Shown piece after piece: positions 1 to 8,908 of a stretch of 63,163 nucleotides of DNA (positions are counted from its first letter, which is position 1; the number at the start of each line of letters is the position of its first letter). The DNA is taken from assembly GCA_022704525.1 (NCBI GenBank), contig JAKJGF010000001.1, forward strand, positions 1 to 63,163. The letters run 5' to 3'. Made by a program: the position numbers and the translations under genes. This DNA comes from Bacillota bacterium (lineage in GTDB: Bacteria > Vulcanimicrobiota > SpSt-956 > JAKJGF01). The notes under the pieces were generated by a model. It ran no database searches. It saw nothing but the letters and a program-made list of their open reading frames with translations, and was not told the origin of the DNA.

Positions 1-19
1 GCGGTTAAAGGGAGATTAT

Positions 20-676
20 ATGCAGAATCTTGATGAAGATACCATATCAAATTACCTGCAGAATGAGATAAATTCAGCTCTCTCAAAAGGGGCCTTTATT
101 GCTATGATCTTCGGTTTTATGAGTGGTATAGTTATGATTATTAGCAGTCTGGTTTATTCATGGATTAATTTATGGATTCCTTCTCTTTTCCCTCTTACAG
201 GAGGTTTTCTGGCAATCTTTCTTTTTCAACTTTCCAGAAAAGGAAGAATTACTAAAAAACTTCAGTATTTTATTATTCTTCTTGCTGCTTTTTTCCCCAC
301 TTTAATATTTATATACGGTTACTTTACTATGGAGAATTTTATGTCAATTTATCTTATCAGTCCCGTTGCCTATGTTTATTTTATTACTATAATAATGAGT
401 GGCTTTATGTTCGATAGTAAGTTATCATATTTTGCAGGAATTTTATCTGCTACGGGGTATTTTATTTCTTATCTTCTTATGAGAGATAAAATGCTCCACC
501 TTACTATGCCTGACTCTTATTTTTTAAAATATGCTACTTCTCCTTTTGTCCATGGTATAAGAAGTTTTTTTATGATTATAGCCGGCTTACTTATAGGTTC
601 CCTGGCTTCCATCTGCAGAAGATTGATTTTCAGAGTTCTTAAATATATGGATGAATGGCATCATACGGTAGAATGA
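20..676 (+). CDS. polytopic membrane protein, function unknown
   Basis: 218-aa ORF with about six hydrophobic segments (FIAMIFGFMSGIVMIISSLVY, IILLAAFFPTLIFIYGYF, FFMIIAGLLIGSLASI). No catalytic motif recognised. Its stop abuts the stop of the convergent kinase gene. Confidence 0.5.
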   Translation: MQNLDEDTISNYLQNEINSALSKGAFIAMIFGFMSGIVMIISSLVYSWINLWIPSLFPLTGGFLAIFLFQLSRKGRITKKLQYFIILLAAFFPTLIFIYGYFTMENFMSIYLISPVAYVYFITIIMSGFMFDSKLSYFAGILSATGYFISYLLMRDKMLHLTMPDSYFLKYATSPFVHGIRSFFMIIAGLLIGSLASICRRLIFRVLKYMDEWHHTVE

Positions 677-2446
677 TTATCTCGTTTTTACAATACGAAA
701 ACCCAGGAAGATATTACAGCTATCAGGAAGAGAGGAATCCCTTTTTGTAGTTTTACAATCAGAGGCTTTACTGTTCCAGGAACCACCGCGGATAATTTTG
801 GTTGTTCCGGCAAGAGGACCGGATGGATTTGCCACTGTATCATCAGGATAACTGCTATACCAGTCACTGCACCATTCCCATACATTTCCAATTATATCAA
901 AAAGACCGAAAGGATTTGGTTTTTTAAGACCCACATCATGATGATTGCCTTTTGAATTAAGCGTATACCAGCAATAATCATCATTCATTTCATCTCCCCA
1001 GTAATACATGGTTTCCGTATTTCCCCTGCAGGCATATTCCCATTCGGCTTCCGTAGGGAGTCTGTATCCAAATTTTTTTCGCCATAAAGAGGGTTCACTT
1101 CCTCTATTATCCTTTGACCCATAACATAGTATAAGACTATCTTCAAGACTCAGCCAGTTACAATATGCCACGGCACCGTACCAGGTTACATTTACAACAG
1201 GTCTGTTCTCATAACCTCCTTTGACTTTAAAACCCCAGAAACTCTTTACTATACCACAGTATTGATTGACACTTATATTTATCCATGAAGAACCACCTTC
1301 ATTCTGATTTCCCTGAGAATTTAAGAATTTACAGAATTCTTTATTTGTTACAGGATGTTTATTCATATAAAATGGATTTACCTGTACCTTATGGATAGGT
1401 CTTTCTTCGGGATAATTATTATTTCCCATAAAAAATACTCCTCTGGGTATTAAAATCAGATCTGGATTTAGAAAAAAGGTCTGGCCGATTTTTTTACTAT
1501 TTTCGGTATCAATATCCGGACTTGAAGAATCTATTTTTATTTCTCTTTCCTCAGATTTTATTTTTATTCCTTCCAGAGCCTGGAGCATTTCTTTCGCGCT
1601 CTGAAATCTTTCATCAGGATTCTCCTGAAGGGATTTCATAACTGCCTCTTCAAGTTCGGGGGATACGGAAGTAATAACCTTTCTTAAAGGTTCAAATCTG
1701 AAAGGTATAGGAACTATTCCCGTAAGGAGATGATGTATTGTAGCTCCCAGAGCATATATGTCAGATCTCTTTTCCACCTTACCCTGACATTGTTCCAGAG
1801 GAGCATAACCATTTGTTCCTATGATAGTTTTTTCCGTACTATCTGCTTCATTTATTATCCTTGCTATACCGAAATCTACCAGCATTACTCTTCCGTCTTT
1901 ATGTAGCATAATGTTGTCAGGTTTCAGATCTCTATATATTATCGGTGGATTTTCACTGTGAAGATAATCCAGTAACTGGAGAATTTCTTTTGCCCATAGT
2001 AGGACTTTACTTTGAGGAAGGCCGGGGTTGCCTTCTCTTTTTAAGATTTTTTTCAAATCTTCTCCTTCTATAAAACTCATAACTATATAATATTTGTTAT
2101 TATTTATAAAATAATCAGAAACTACAGGAAGATTGGAATGATCAAGTCTGGAAAGTATTTTTGCTTCTCTGTTAAACCAGTTTCTTGCTCTTTCCTGTTC
2201 TTCTTCTGTCCCATAAGTATGAAGAAGTTCTTTTATAGCCCAGAATCTGTACAGTTTCATATCCAATGCTTTATATACTGCTCCCATACCTCCTGCTTTT
2301 ATGAGGCTAATTATTTTATAGCGGCCCTCAAGAATTACTCCTGCCTGCACAGGTTCATGTTCTGGCCTCAGTTTACTGCCACAGACCGTGCTGGTAATAA
2401 GACTGTCTTCATTCTCCTGGCTACATTTGCTACATAATACAGACAT
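677..2446 (-). CDS. Hanks-type Ser/Thr protein kinase with N-terminal zinc ribbon and C-terminal FGE-sulfatase (SUMF1/C-type-lectin-like) domain
   Basis: N-terminal CSKC...CGSKL. Kinase motifs GGMGAVYKA, AIKE, YRDLKPDNIM, DFGIA, GTNGYAPLE. C-terminal motifs NVTWYGA, LPTEAEWEYA, NVWEWCSDWY, RGGSWNS, LGFRIV are typical of formylglycine-generating-enzyme-fold domains. Confidence 0.85.
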   Translation of the reverse strand: MSVLCSKCSQENEDSLITSTVCGSKLRPEHEPVQAGVILEGRYKIISLIKAGGMGAVYKALDMKLYRFWAIKELLHTYGTEEEQERARNWFNREAKILSRLDHSNLPVVSDYFINNNKYYIVMSFIEGEDLKKILKREGNPGLPQSKVLLWAKEILQLLDYLHSENPPIIYRDLKPDNIMLHKDGRVMLVDFGIARIINEADSTEKTIIGTNGYAPLEQCQGKVEKRSDIYALGATIHHLLTGIVPIPFRFEPLRKVITSVSPELEEAVMKSLQENPDERFQSAKEMLQALEGIKIKSEEREIKIDSSSPDIDTENSKKIGQTFFLNPDLILIPRGVFFMGNNNYPEERPIHKVQVNPFYMNKHPVTNKEFCKFLNSQGNQNEGGSSWINISVNQYCGIVKSFWGFKVKGGYENRPVVNVTWYGAVAYCNWLSLEDSLILCYGSKDNRGSEPSLWRKKFGYRLPTEAEWEYACRGNTETMYYWGDEMNDDYCWYTLNSKGNHHDVGLKKPNPFGLFDIIGNVWEWCSDWYSSYPDDTVANPSGPLAGTTKIIRGGSWNSKASDCKTTKRDSSLPDSCNIFLGFRIVKTR

Positions 2447-2461
2447 TTAGCCTGATGCTCC

Positions 2462-5206
2462 TTAATTCACTATAAACTTTGTTGTACCAATTTTTATTTC
2501 GTCACCTGTGTTTAATTCAGTCATAATATCTATTTTTATTCCGTTTACATAAGTTTTATTTGTGCTTCCAAGATCTTCAATATAATATCTGTTATTCTTT
2601 CTTCTAATCTGAGCATGTATTGAAGATGTCTGCATATCGTAATCAAGACACAGATCATTCCCCGGGGCTCTTCCTATTTTAATATAATCTTTGTTAAGAG
2701 AGAAAGTGACTTTCTTTTTTCCCTCTCTCTCATATATCAATTCTTTTCCTTCCTGTGGCACATAAGGTATAGCCTTATCAATTGTATCTCTTGCCGGAAT
2801 CCCTTTAAAGGTAAATTTTACATTCCCAATCTTTATTTCATCATTTGTGTATAATTCAGTTCTGAAATCTATCCTGCTGCCATTAACATATGTTTTATTA
2901 CTACTTCTTAGATCTTCAATATAATATCTTCTGTCCTGTAATGTAATCTGTGCATGTATTGAAGATACCTGAAAATCATAATCAAGGCAGAGATCATTTC
3001 TTTTTGCCCTGCCTATTTTAATGCAATCTTTATTAAGTGGGAAAATTACTTTCCCTTTCCCCTCTCTGTTATATATGAGTTCACCCCACTCAGTGGAAAG
3101 CACTGCAGGAATAGTCCTGGAAGAAACTATGGTATGATCTTCCGTACTGATGGGAATCGGAATTACCTGAGAACTTTTATATTTTCCAGGTGAAATAATA
3201 GTTTTTTTATAGCTTTTTTCTTCTCTTAAAATCCCTGGTTCTGCTACAGCCATAGTTTTATCTCTTAAAATCCCTGGTTCTGCTACAGGCATGGTTTTAT
3301 CTTTTATGGGTGAGACAGCTTTTTTTTCAGGACTACCAGTATCTTTCTGAAGAGGTATTCCTTTTTTATCTTCTTCCTGTAGCTTTAATTCAGATTTTTT
3401 CTTTAATAATTCCATATGTGACGTAATTTCACTTTTTAATTTTTCTGATATATTTAACTTTGCTGCATTATTATAATACTCAAGGGCCTTATCCTCAAGT
3501 CCTGTTTTTTCGCAACATCTGGCCATGAACATGAGAATCTCGTAATTTTCTTTATCCAATTCCATAGCTTTTATATATTCCAGTTTCGCATTTAAATAAT
3601 CGCCTTTATTCTCATATTCTTTACCTGTATATATATGATCCTGAACTTTTTTACTACCGTGTATCTTTAAAAATTCATTTCTTATGTCCTGAATTGATTT
3701 GATTTTGTCTTTTACAGGGAATTCATTTTTTTTATCTTCAGTATCTTTCAGGCTTTCTGGCAGCTTTATATCTTTCTCTTTATTAACCGCCGGCATTTCA
3801 GGTCTGATTATTGTGAGTTCATCGTCATATTCTTCTTTTGAAGGAAGTCTTTTTTGTCTTTCCAGTATTTCATTTTTTATCTGCTCTGGTATATCCAGTT
3901 TTAGTACTTTAAAATACATCTCAGAAGCTCTATCATAAAAACCGAGTTTTTCAAAACACCTGGCAGTAGCTATAAAGATTTCATGGTTTTTCTCATCGAA
4001 TTCCATGGCTTTCATATATTCAAAGTTAGCATTAAAGAAATCTCCTTGATTTTCATATTCTTTAGCTCTGGATATATGATGGGTGGATTTTTTAATTGAT
4101 TGTAACTTAAGTAAATCATTCTTTATTTCCTGGATTGACTGATATCGCTCTTTCGGTTTAAATTCAAGTGCTCTGGATATAATTTTACTTAAGTGGTGTG
4201 ATGTGGAAGGATTTAGCTCTTCTACGGGAGGAAAATAAGGTATGAAATCCCTGGGGTGAGTTCTCGTAACTATATGAAAAACTGTTGCTCCCAGAGCATA
4301 TATATCACTTTTGGGTTCGGCTTTTCCGAGCCATTGCTCGGGAGGAGCATATCCTCCTGTAAGGAGAGCATACTGAGTTACCTGACCCTTAGAACCCTGA
4401 AAAAGTTTTGCTATTCCGAAATCGATTAATTTCAGTTCTCCCCCGGAAGTGATCATAATATTATCCGGTTTTAAGTCTCTAAAGATTATGGGTGCAGGGC
4501 GATTATGGAGATATTCTAAAACTTTACATATACTTAAAGCCCAGGTGATAATGGTATCTTCCGGAAAATACTCAGATCCTTTTAAATTTTTAATCATTTT
4601 AGCAATTGTTTCACCATGAATATAATCCATTACAAGGTATAATTTTTTCCCTTCAATAAAAAAGTCAGATATTCCCGGTATATTCGGATGTTCCAGAGTG
4701 GAAAGCATTTCTGCCTCAAGTCTGAAACTTCTCTCTATAACCTCATCAGGAATGTCAGCTTTCTGGTGCATTTCTTTAAGGGCCCAGTATTTACCGGGAA
4801 GGTTTAGATCCCGACTCAGGTATACCACGCCAAATCCTCCGGCAGCAATTCCATTGACTACTACATAACGGTTATTCAGGATTTTACCAATAGAAGGATA
4901 GGATGTGGCTAATTTTAATGTTTTTTCATTTTTATATTCCAGAACCATATAGAAGTATTCATCATCTATAAAAAAGTCCAGTATATTGGGATATCTGGTT
5001 TTAAAATCCATCTTTCTGGATTGTTCACGTTTTTCTTTGAATTCATTTATGATTGTTTTATAATATTCACCTGGATTGTCTATTTTTATCTGTTTGAATA
5101 GAAGTTGTATCTTTGTAGCACTATCTTCTACCAGATAGAAAGATGTTTTTTCTCCCGATGGAATAGTTTTTAAGATTTTATATTTATCCAATATTGAATT
5201 TGTCAT
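2462..5206 (-). CDS. Ser/Thr protein kinase with duplicated TPR-like modules and two C-terminal FHA domains
   Basis: 914 aa. The first ~100 aa look like a degenerate kinase N-lobe. The true kinase has GGFGVVYL, ALKEM, FRDLKPDNIM, DFGIA, GGYAPPE. There are two copies of a KEYEN.GD...A..EY.KAME.D module and two near-duplicate FHA units (IKIGRA..NDLCLDYD...SSIHAQI...RYYIEDL.S.NKTYVNG). A 36-nt tandem duplication near 3229-3300 encodes KTM(P/A)VAEPGILR twice. Confidence 0.85.
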   Translation of the reverse strand: MTNSILDKYKILKTIPSGEKTSFYLVEDSATKIQLLFKQIKIDNPGEYYKTIINEFKEKREQSRKMDFKTRYPNILDFFIDDEYFYMVLEYKNEKTLKLATSYPSIGKILNNRYVVVNGIAAGGFGVVYLSRDLNLPGKYWALKEMHQKADIPDEVIERSFRLEAEMLSTLEHPNIPGISDFFIEGKKLYLVMDYIHGETIAKMIKNLKGSEYFPEDTIITWALSICKVLEYLHNRPAPIIFRDLKPDNIMITSGGELKLIDFGIAKLFQGSKGQVTQYALLTGGYAPPEQWLGKAEPKSDIYALGATVFHIVTRTHPRDFIPYFPPVEELNPSTSHHLSKIISRALEFKPKERYQSIQEIKNDLLKLQSIKKSTHHISRAKEYENQGDFFNANFEYMKAMEFDEKNHEIFIATARCFEKLGFYDRASEMYFKVLKLDIPEQIKNEILERQKRLPSKEEYDDELTIIRPEMPAVNKEKDIKLPESLKDTEDKKNEFPVKDKIKSIQDIRNEFLKIHGSKKVQDHIYTGKEYENKGDYLNAKLEYIKAMELDKENYEILMFMARCCEKTGLEDKALEYYNNAAKLNISEKLKSEITSHMELLKKKSELKLQEEDKKGIPLQKDTGSPEKKAVSPIKDKTMPVAEPGILRDKTMAVAEPGILREEKSYKKTIISPGKYKSSQVIPIPISTEDHTIVSSRTIPAVLSTEWGELIYNREGKGKVIFPLNKDCIKIGRAKRNDLCLDYDFQVSSIHAQITLQDRRYYIEDLRSSNKTYVNGSRIDFRTELYTNDEIKIGNVKFTFKGIPARDTIDKAIPYVPQEGKELIYEREGKKKVTFSLNKDYIKIGRAPGNDLCLDYDMQTSSIHAQIRRKNNRYYIEDLGSTNKTYVNGIKIDIMTELNTGDEIKIGTTKFIVN

Positions 5207-5340
5207 TTAATTCAAACCTCTCCAGGTATTATATTCTTTGAATTTCTATAAAAATCCTGCCGAATACTGACGTGAGACGTGAAAGGTTAGAAAGCCTTAT
5301 TTTATATGGTGTAATACCAATTATTCATCAATTGTACTAA

Positions 5341-5535
5341 TAAAACAGCCTTGAGGCTACTCCAAAAAAATATGAATGCTTATACTTCTTTACCTGAGGC
5401 AATATCCTTTAAATTTCGTCATGAAATTAACTTAAAACTTCCTTTAAATACGCCATCTTTTTGTCCTTCGGAGAACTTCGTTTTTCCGTAGCCTTAAGGC
5501 TGTTTTACTACGTTTGATGGTAGATTGGTATAAGA
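5341..5535. repeat. interspersed intergenic repeat, family B, full copy
   Basis: AACAGCCTTGAGGCTAC...GTAGCCTTAAGGCTGTT terminal inverted pairing. The internal segment AATATGAATGCTTATACTTCTT...AACTTAAAACTTCCTTTAAATACGCCATCTTTTT recurs at 11153-11240 and 53565-53700. Confidence 0.65.
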
Positions 5536-5644
5536 TATTTTAAAATATGTACTTCCTATGTTTTGATTAGTAATGGTAATGTTTTTCCCTCATGGAAGAT
5601 AAACTCTTTTAAAGGAAAAATAATATTATTCTCGAATAGATATA

Positions 5645-5742
5645 GTGAGAAGTGAAAAGTGAAAAGAAGTGAAAAGTGAAAAGTGAAAAGAAGGGTACAT
5701 ATACTTTAAGTACTATATATATTATCGTCTCACCTTTCACCC
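5645..5742. repeat. GTGAAAAG heptamer/octamer array with inverted partner (family C)
   Basis: GTGAGAAGTGAAAAGTGAAAAGAAGTGAAAAGTGAAAAGTGAAAAGAAGGGTACATATAC... is followed by CGTCTCACCTTTCACCC. A related GACGTGAGACGTGAAAGG sits at 5269-5286. Related arrays occur at 19515, 31550 and 37214. Confidence 0.7.
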
Positions 5743-5769
5743 ATTCATCCATTAGAAAGGAAGATATAA

Positions 5770-7050
5770 ATGGTAACTGACCATATAGTAAAATTGCGGG
5801 ATGCCCGTGAAGTTCTTAAAGAAATGAGTTTTGAAACCCGGGAACTTCAAAGAGGTTATGCTAACAGGGTACTAAGGATTGACATTACAAAAAATACTGT
5901 AGAGTTTCTTCCTGTCACAGAGGAAATGAAAAATCTGTGGACCGGAGGGAGAGGTTTTGATCTGTGGCTTATGTTTAAGGAAATTAATAGAAATACTAAA
6001 TGGGATAGTCCTGAAAATCCCATATGTTTTTCAGGAGGACCCCTGGGGGGAACCATATCTTTCCCCGGTTCTGGTAAAACGCTGGTTACAACCATATCAC
6101 CCCTTACAGATTCTGTTATGGACTGCAATGTAGGTGGATATTTCGGCCCTTATTTTAAGTTCCTTGGTTTTGATGCCCTCTGTATAGTCGGTAAAGCAGA
6201 TGATTATATTATTATAGTCATAGACGGAGTAAATAATAAAATTTCAATTGAAAAAGCACCTCTTGAAAGTAACGATTCCCATGTGATTTCAGAAGAATTG
6301 ACTTCTATGTATGCAGATAATGAGCTGGATATGAGAAATATCGCAGTTGTTTCATCAGGAAGAGCAGCAGAATATGCCCGTATGGGAATATTGAATTTTT
6401 CCTTCTGGGATTGGCGACGTGGTATTGCCCGTATGAAACAGGCAGGAAGAGGCGGTATTGGCACAGTATTTCGAAATAAAAAAATGAAAGCCCTTGTAGT
6501 AAAAAGTCTTCCTCTTAATCCTGCATGGAGAGTTGTAGAAAGTAAAATGGCAAAGACTTTCACAGATAATATATGCACATCTCACTGTAAAACAGATAGA
6601 GAGAGAATCTGTAAAATCATTGACAAATGGAATAGTAATCCTGAGTATATACTGGAAATGATGCAGGATATACAGAAGATGGAGCGTTATATTTCAAAGA
6701 CTGCCATTGATGAAATATGTAAAAAAACAGGAATGTCGAAGGGACAGCTTTATCATATTGCTACCTTCTATAAAGATTTTACCCTTAAGCCAGCGGGTGA
6801 AAAGGTCATTCAGGTCTGTTTTGGAACAGCCTGTCATGTAAAGGGAGCGTCGAAGTTACTTGAAACTCTAGAAAAAGAACTTGGTATTAAAAACGGAGAA
6901 ACAACTTCTGATGAGAAATTTACTCTCGAAGCTGTTCCTTGTCTTGGTTATTGCTCTATTGCCCCTGTTATAAAAATTGGAGAAGAAATTATAGGAAATG
7001 TCCGGCTAAAAGATGTTTCTAAAATTATTTCTGAGAGGCGTGGTAAATAA
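5770..7050 (+). CDS. fusion protein: aldehyde:ferredoxin oxidoreductase N-terminal domain + NuoE/HydC-like [2Fe-2S] thioredoxin-fold domain
   Basis: Residues 1-245 carry AOR domain-1 motifs (GGRGFDLW, NPICFSGGPLGGT, GSGKTLVTTISPLT, GGYFGPYFKFLGFDALCIVGKA, AGRGGIGTVFRNKKMKALVV). Residues ~280-426 carry NuoE-type motifs (VIQVCFGTACHVKG = Cx4C; VPCLGYCSIAPV = Cx3C). Confidence 0.8.
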   Translation: MVTDHIVKLRDAREVLKEMSFETRELQRGYANRVLRIDITKNTVEFLPVTEEMKNLWTGGRGFDLWLMFKEINRNTKWDSPENPICFSGGPLGGTISFPGSGKTLVTTISPLTDSVMDCNVGGYFGPYFKFLGFDALCIVGKADDYIIIVIDGVNNKISIEKAPLESNDSHVISEELTSMYADNELDMRNIAVVSSGRAAEYARMGILNFSFWDWRRGIARMKQAGRGGIGTVFRNKKMKALVVKSLPLNPAWRVVESKMAKTFTDNICTSHCKTDRERICKIIDKWNSNPEYILEMMQDIQKMERYISKTAIDEICKKTGMSKGQLYHIATFYKDFTLKPAGEKVIQVCFGTACHVKGASKLLETLEKELGIKNGETTSDEKFTLEAVPCLGYCSIAPVIKIGEEIIGNVRLKDVSKIISERRGK

Positions 7051-7051
7051 T

Positions 7052-8896
7052 ATGACACATTTAGAAACAATAGAACAAAAAGTTCAGGAAGAATTTAAAC
7101 AGTATAAAGAGATGCTTATGATATGTACAGGCACGGGATGTGTTACTGTAAAAAGTTTTAATGTCCGGGATAAACTTTCTGAAGAAATAAAGGCAAAGGG
7201 CCTTGAGAAGGATTATCTTATAGTGCCTACAGGATGTTATGGTTTTTGTGCCGCAGGTCCCATAATAGTAGTTCAGCCTGAAGGTATATTTTATCAGAAG
7301 GTTAAAGAAGAAGATGTAAAGGAAATTGTAGAAGAACATCTTATTAATGGAAAACCTGTGGAAAGACTCATGTACAGAGACCCTGTAAGTGGTGAAATCA
7401 ATGAGAAGATAGAAGATATAAAATTCTTTACGAAACAGAAACTTATTGCCCTTCGTAACAAAGGTCTTATAGATCCTGAAAACATAGAACATTATATATC
7501 CCGTGGTGGTTATAGAGAAATTCGCAAAATTCTGGAAGAAAATAATCCTGAAGGAGTTATAAATGAAATAATCGCCTCAGGTATAAGAGGCCGTGGAGGC
7601 GGCGGATTCCCTACAGGAGTAAAATGGCAATTATGTCGTAAAGCAGCTATTGAGAAAAAAGAAACTCCTACCGTCATATGTAATGGGCTGGATAGAACTG
7701 TTATTGAAACAGATCCCCATTCGGTTATTGAAGGTATGATGATAGGTGCTTTTGCTACAGGTGCACAGGAAGGTTTTATATATATCCGTAAAGAATTTGC
7801 CTTTGCTATAAAAAGACTGGAGAAAGCACTTGCCCAGGCAAGAAAATATGGATTTTTAGGTGATAATATATTAAACAAAAACTTTAAATTTGATATTAAC
7901 ATACACTTAAGTGCAGGTGCTTTTGTGTGTGGAGAATCTTCTGCTCTTATGGCTTCTATGTCAGGCCGTGTTGCAGAACCAAAGTCCAAGTATATACATA
8001 ATGTGGAACGAGGTTTCCGGGATAAACCTGCATTGCTTAATAATGTGGAAACATGGGCGAATATACCTGTGATTATTGAAAAAGGCGCAAAATGGTTTGC
8101 CTCTATAGGAACAGGTGATATAAGTGATAATCCTCTTAAAGGTTCTTCAGGAACAAAGATTTTTTCTCTTACAGGGAAGCTAAATAATACAGGTCTTGCA
8201 GAAGTACCTATGGGCACTACCCTGAGAGAAATTATTTATGACATAGGAGGAGGTATTCCTGGAGGAAAAAAATTTAAAGCAGTGCAGATAGGAGGCCCTT
8301 CAGGAGGATGTATCCCTGAAAGTTTACTGGATATAAAGGTGGATTTTGATACTCTTACAGAAGCAGGTACTATAATGGGTTCAGGCAATATGGTTGTAAT
8401 GGATGAAACAGCCTGTATGGTTGATGTAGCCCGTTATTTTGTCAATTTCCTCAAGGATGAGTCCTGCGGAAAATGTACTCCCTGTCGTGAAGGTCTTTAT
8501 GCTCTGAATAACATTCTTACAGGAATATGTAATGGAGAAGGGAAAGAGGAGGATATGAAATTCCTGGAAGAATTATCTGAAACTATTCAGGAAACAAGTT
8601 TCTGTCAGCTTGGGGCTACTTCTCCCAATCCTGTGTTATCTACAATTCGTTATTTCCGGGATGAATACGAAAAACATATAAGAGAAAAAAAATGTCCTGC
8701 CGGTGTATGTAAAGCTCTTATTTCATACAGTATACTTGAGGATAAGTGTATCGGATGTACTATGTGTGCTAAAAAGTGTCCTGTTAATGCAATAACAGGT
8801 GAAAATAAAAAGGTTCATGTCCTTGATAAGATTAAATGTATAAAATGTGGTATATGTTATGATGTCTGCCCGGTTGATGCCGTGGAAAGAATTTAA
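7052..8896 (+). CDS. NuoF/HydB-like NAD(P)H-binding flavoprotein subunit with N-terminal [2Fe-2S] domain and C-terminal 2x[4Fe-4S] ferredoxin domain
   Basis: The tracked ORF starts at 7013, but the ATG at 7052 (MTHLETIEQ) follows the upstream stop and fits better. Motifs: ICTGTGC...GCYGFCAAGP; GLIDPE; SGIRGRGGGGFPTGVKW (FMN/NADH site); ESCGKCTPCREG; CIGCTMCAKKCP and CIKCGICYDVCP. Confidence 0.85.
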   Translation: MTHLETIEQKVQEEFKQYKEMLMICTGTGCVTVKSFNVRDKLSEEIKAKGLEKDYLIVPTGCYGFCAAGPIIVVQPEGIFYQKVKEEDVKEIVEEHLINGKPVERLMYRDPVSGEINEKIEDIKFFTKQKLIALRNKGLIDPENIEHYISRGGYREIRKILEENNPEGVINEIIASGIRGRGGGGFPTGVKWQLCRKAAIEKKETPTVICNGLDRTVIETDPHSVIEGMMIGAFATGAQEGFIYIRKEFAFAIKRLEKALAQARKYGFLGDNILNKNFKFDINIHLSAGAFVCGESSALMASMSGRVAEPKSKYIHNVERGFRDKPALLNNVETWANIPVIIEKGAKWFASIGTGDISDNPLKGSSGTKIFSLTGKLNNTGLAEVPMGTTLREIIYDIGGGIPGGKKFKAVQIGGPSGGCIPESLLDIKVDFDTLTEAGTIMGSGNMVVMDETACMVDVARYFVNFLKDESCGKCTPCREGLYALNNILTGICNGEGKEEDMKFLEELSETIQETSFCQLGATSPNPVLSTIRYFRDEYEKHIREKKCPAGVCKALISYSILEDKCIGCTMCAKKCPVNAITGENKKVHVLDKIKCIKCGICYDVCPVDAVERI

Positions 8897-8908
8897 AGGA
8901 GGATAAAC

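Noticed and set aside
677-900. Diversity-generating retroelement variable region in the FGE-sulfatase C-terminus (also at 24700-24876).
   Set aside because: I found no reverse transcriptase ORF and no second, template-like copy of these segments anywhere in the window. It remains only a genome-wide check.
5645-5700. Possible CRISPR array, suggested by regularly repeated GTGAAAAG units (also at 31550-31640 and 37214-37265).
   Set aside because: Units are only 7-8 nt, directly abutting with no unique spacers. The arrays pair with a downstream complementary arm, and no cas genes are present. I treat them as REP-like palindromic repeats.
7510-8217. 235-aa minus-strand ORF in the track (and similar ones at 6204-6578, 7061-7492, 9176-9421, 10175-10459).
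   Set aside because: They lie antisense to strongly motif-supported NuoF-like and AOR genes, and their translations are low-complexity with no motifs. These are shadow ORFs.
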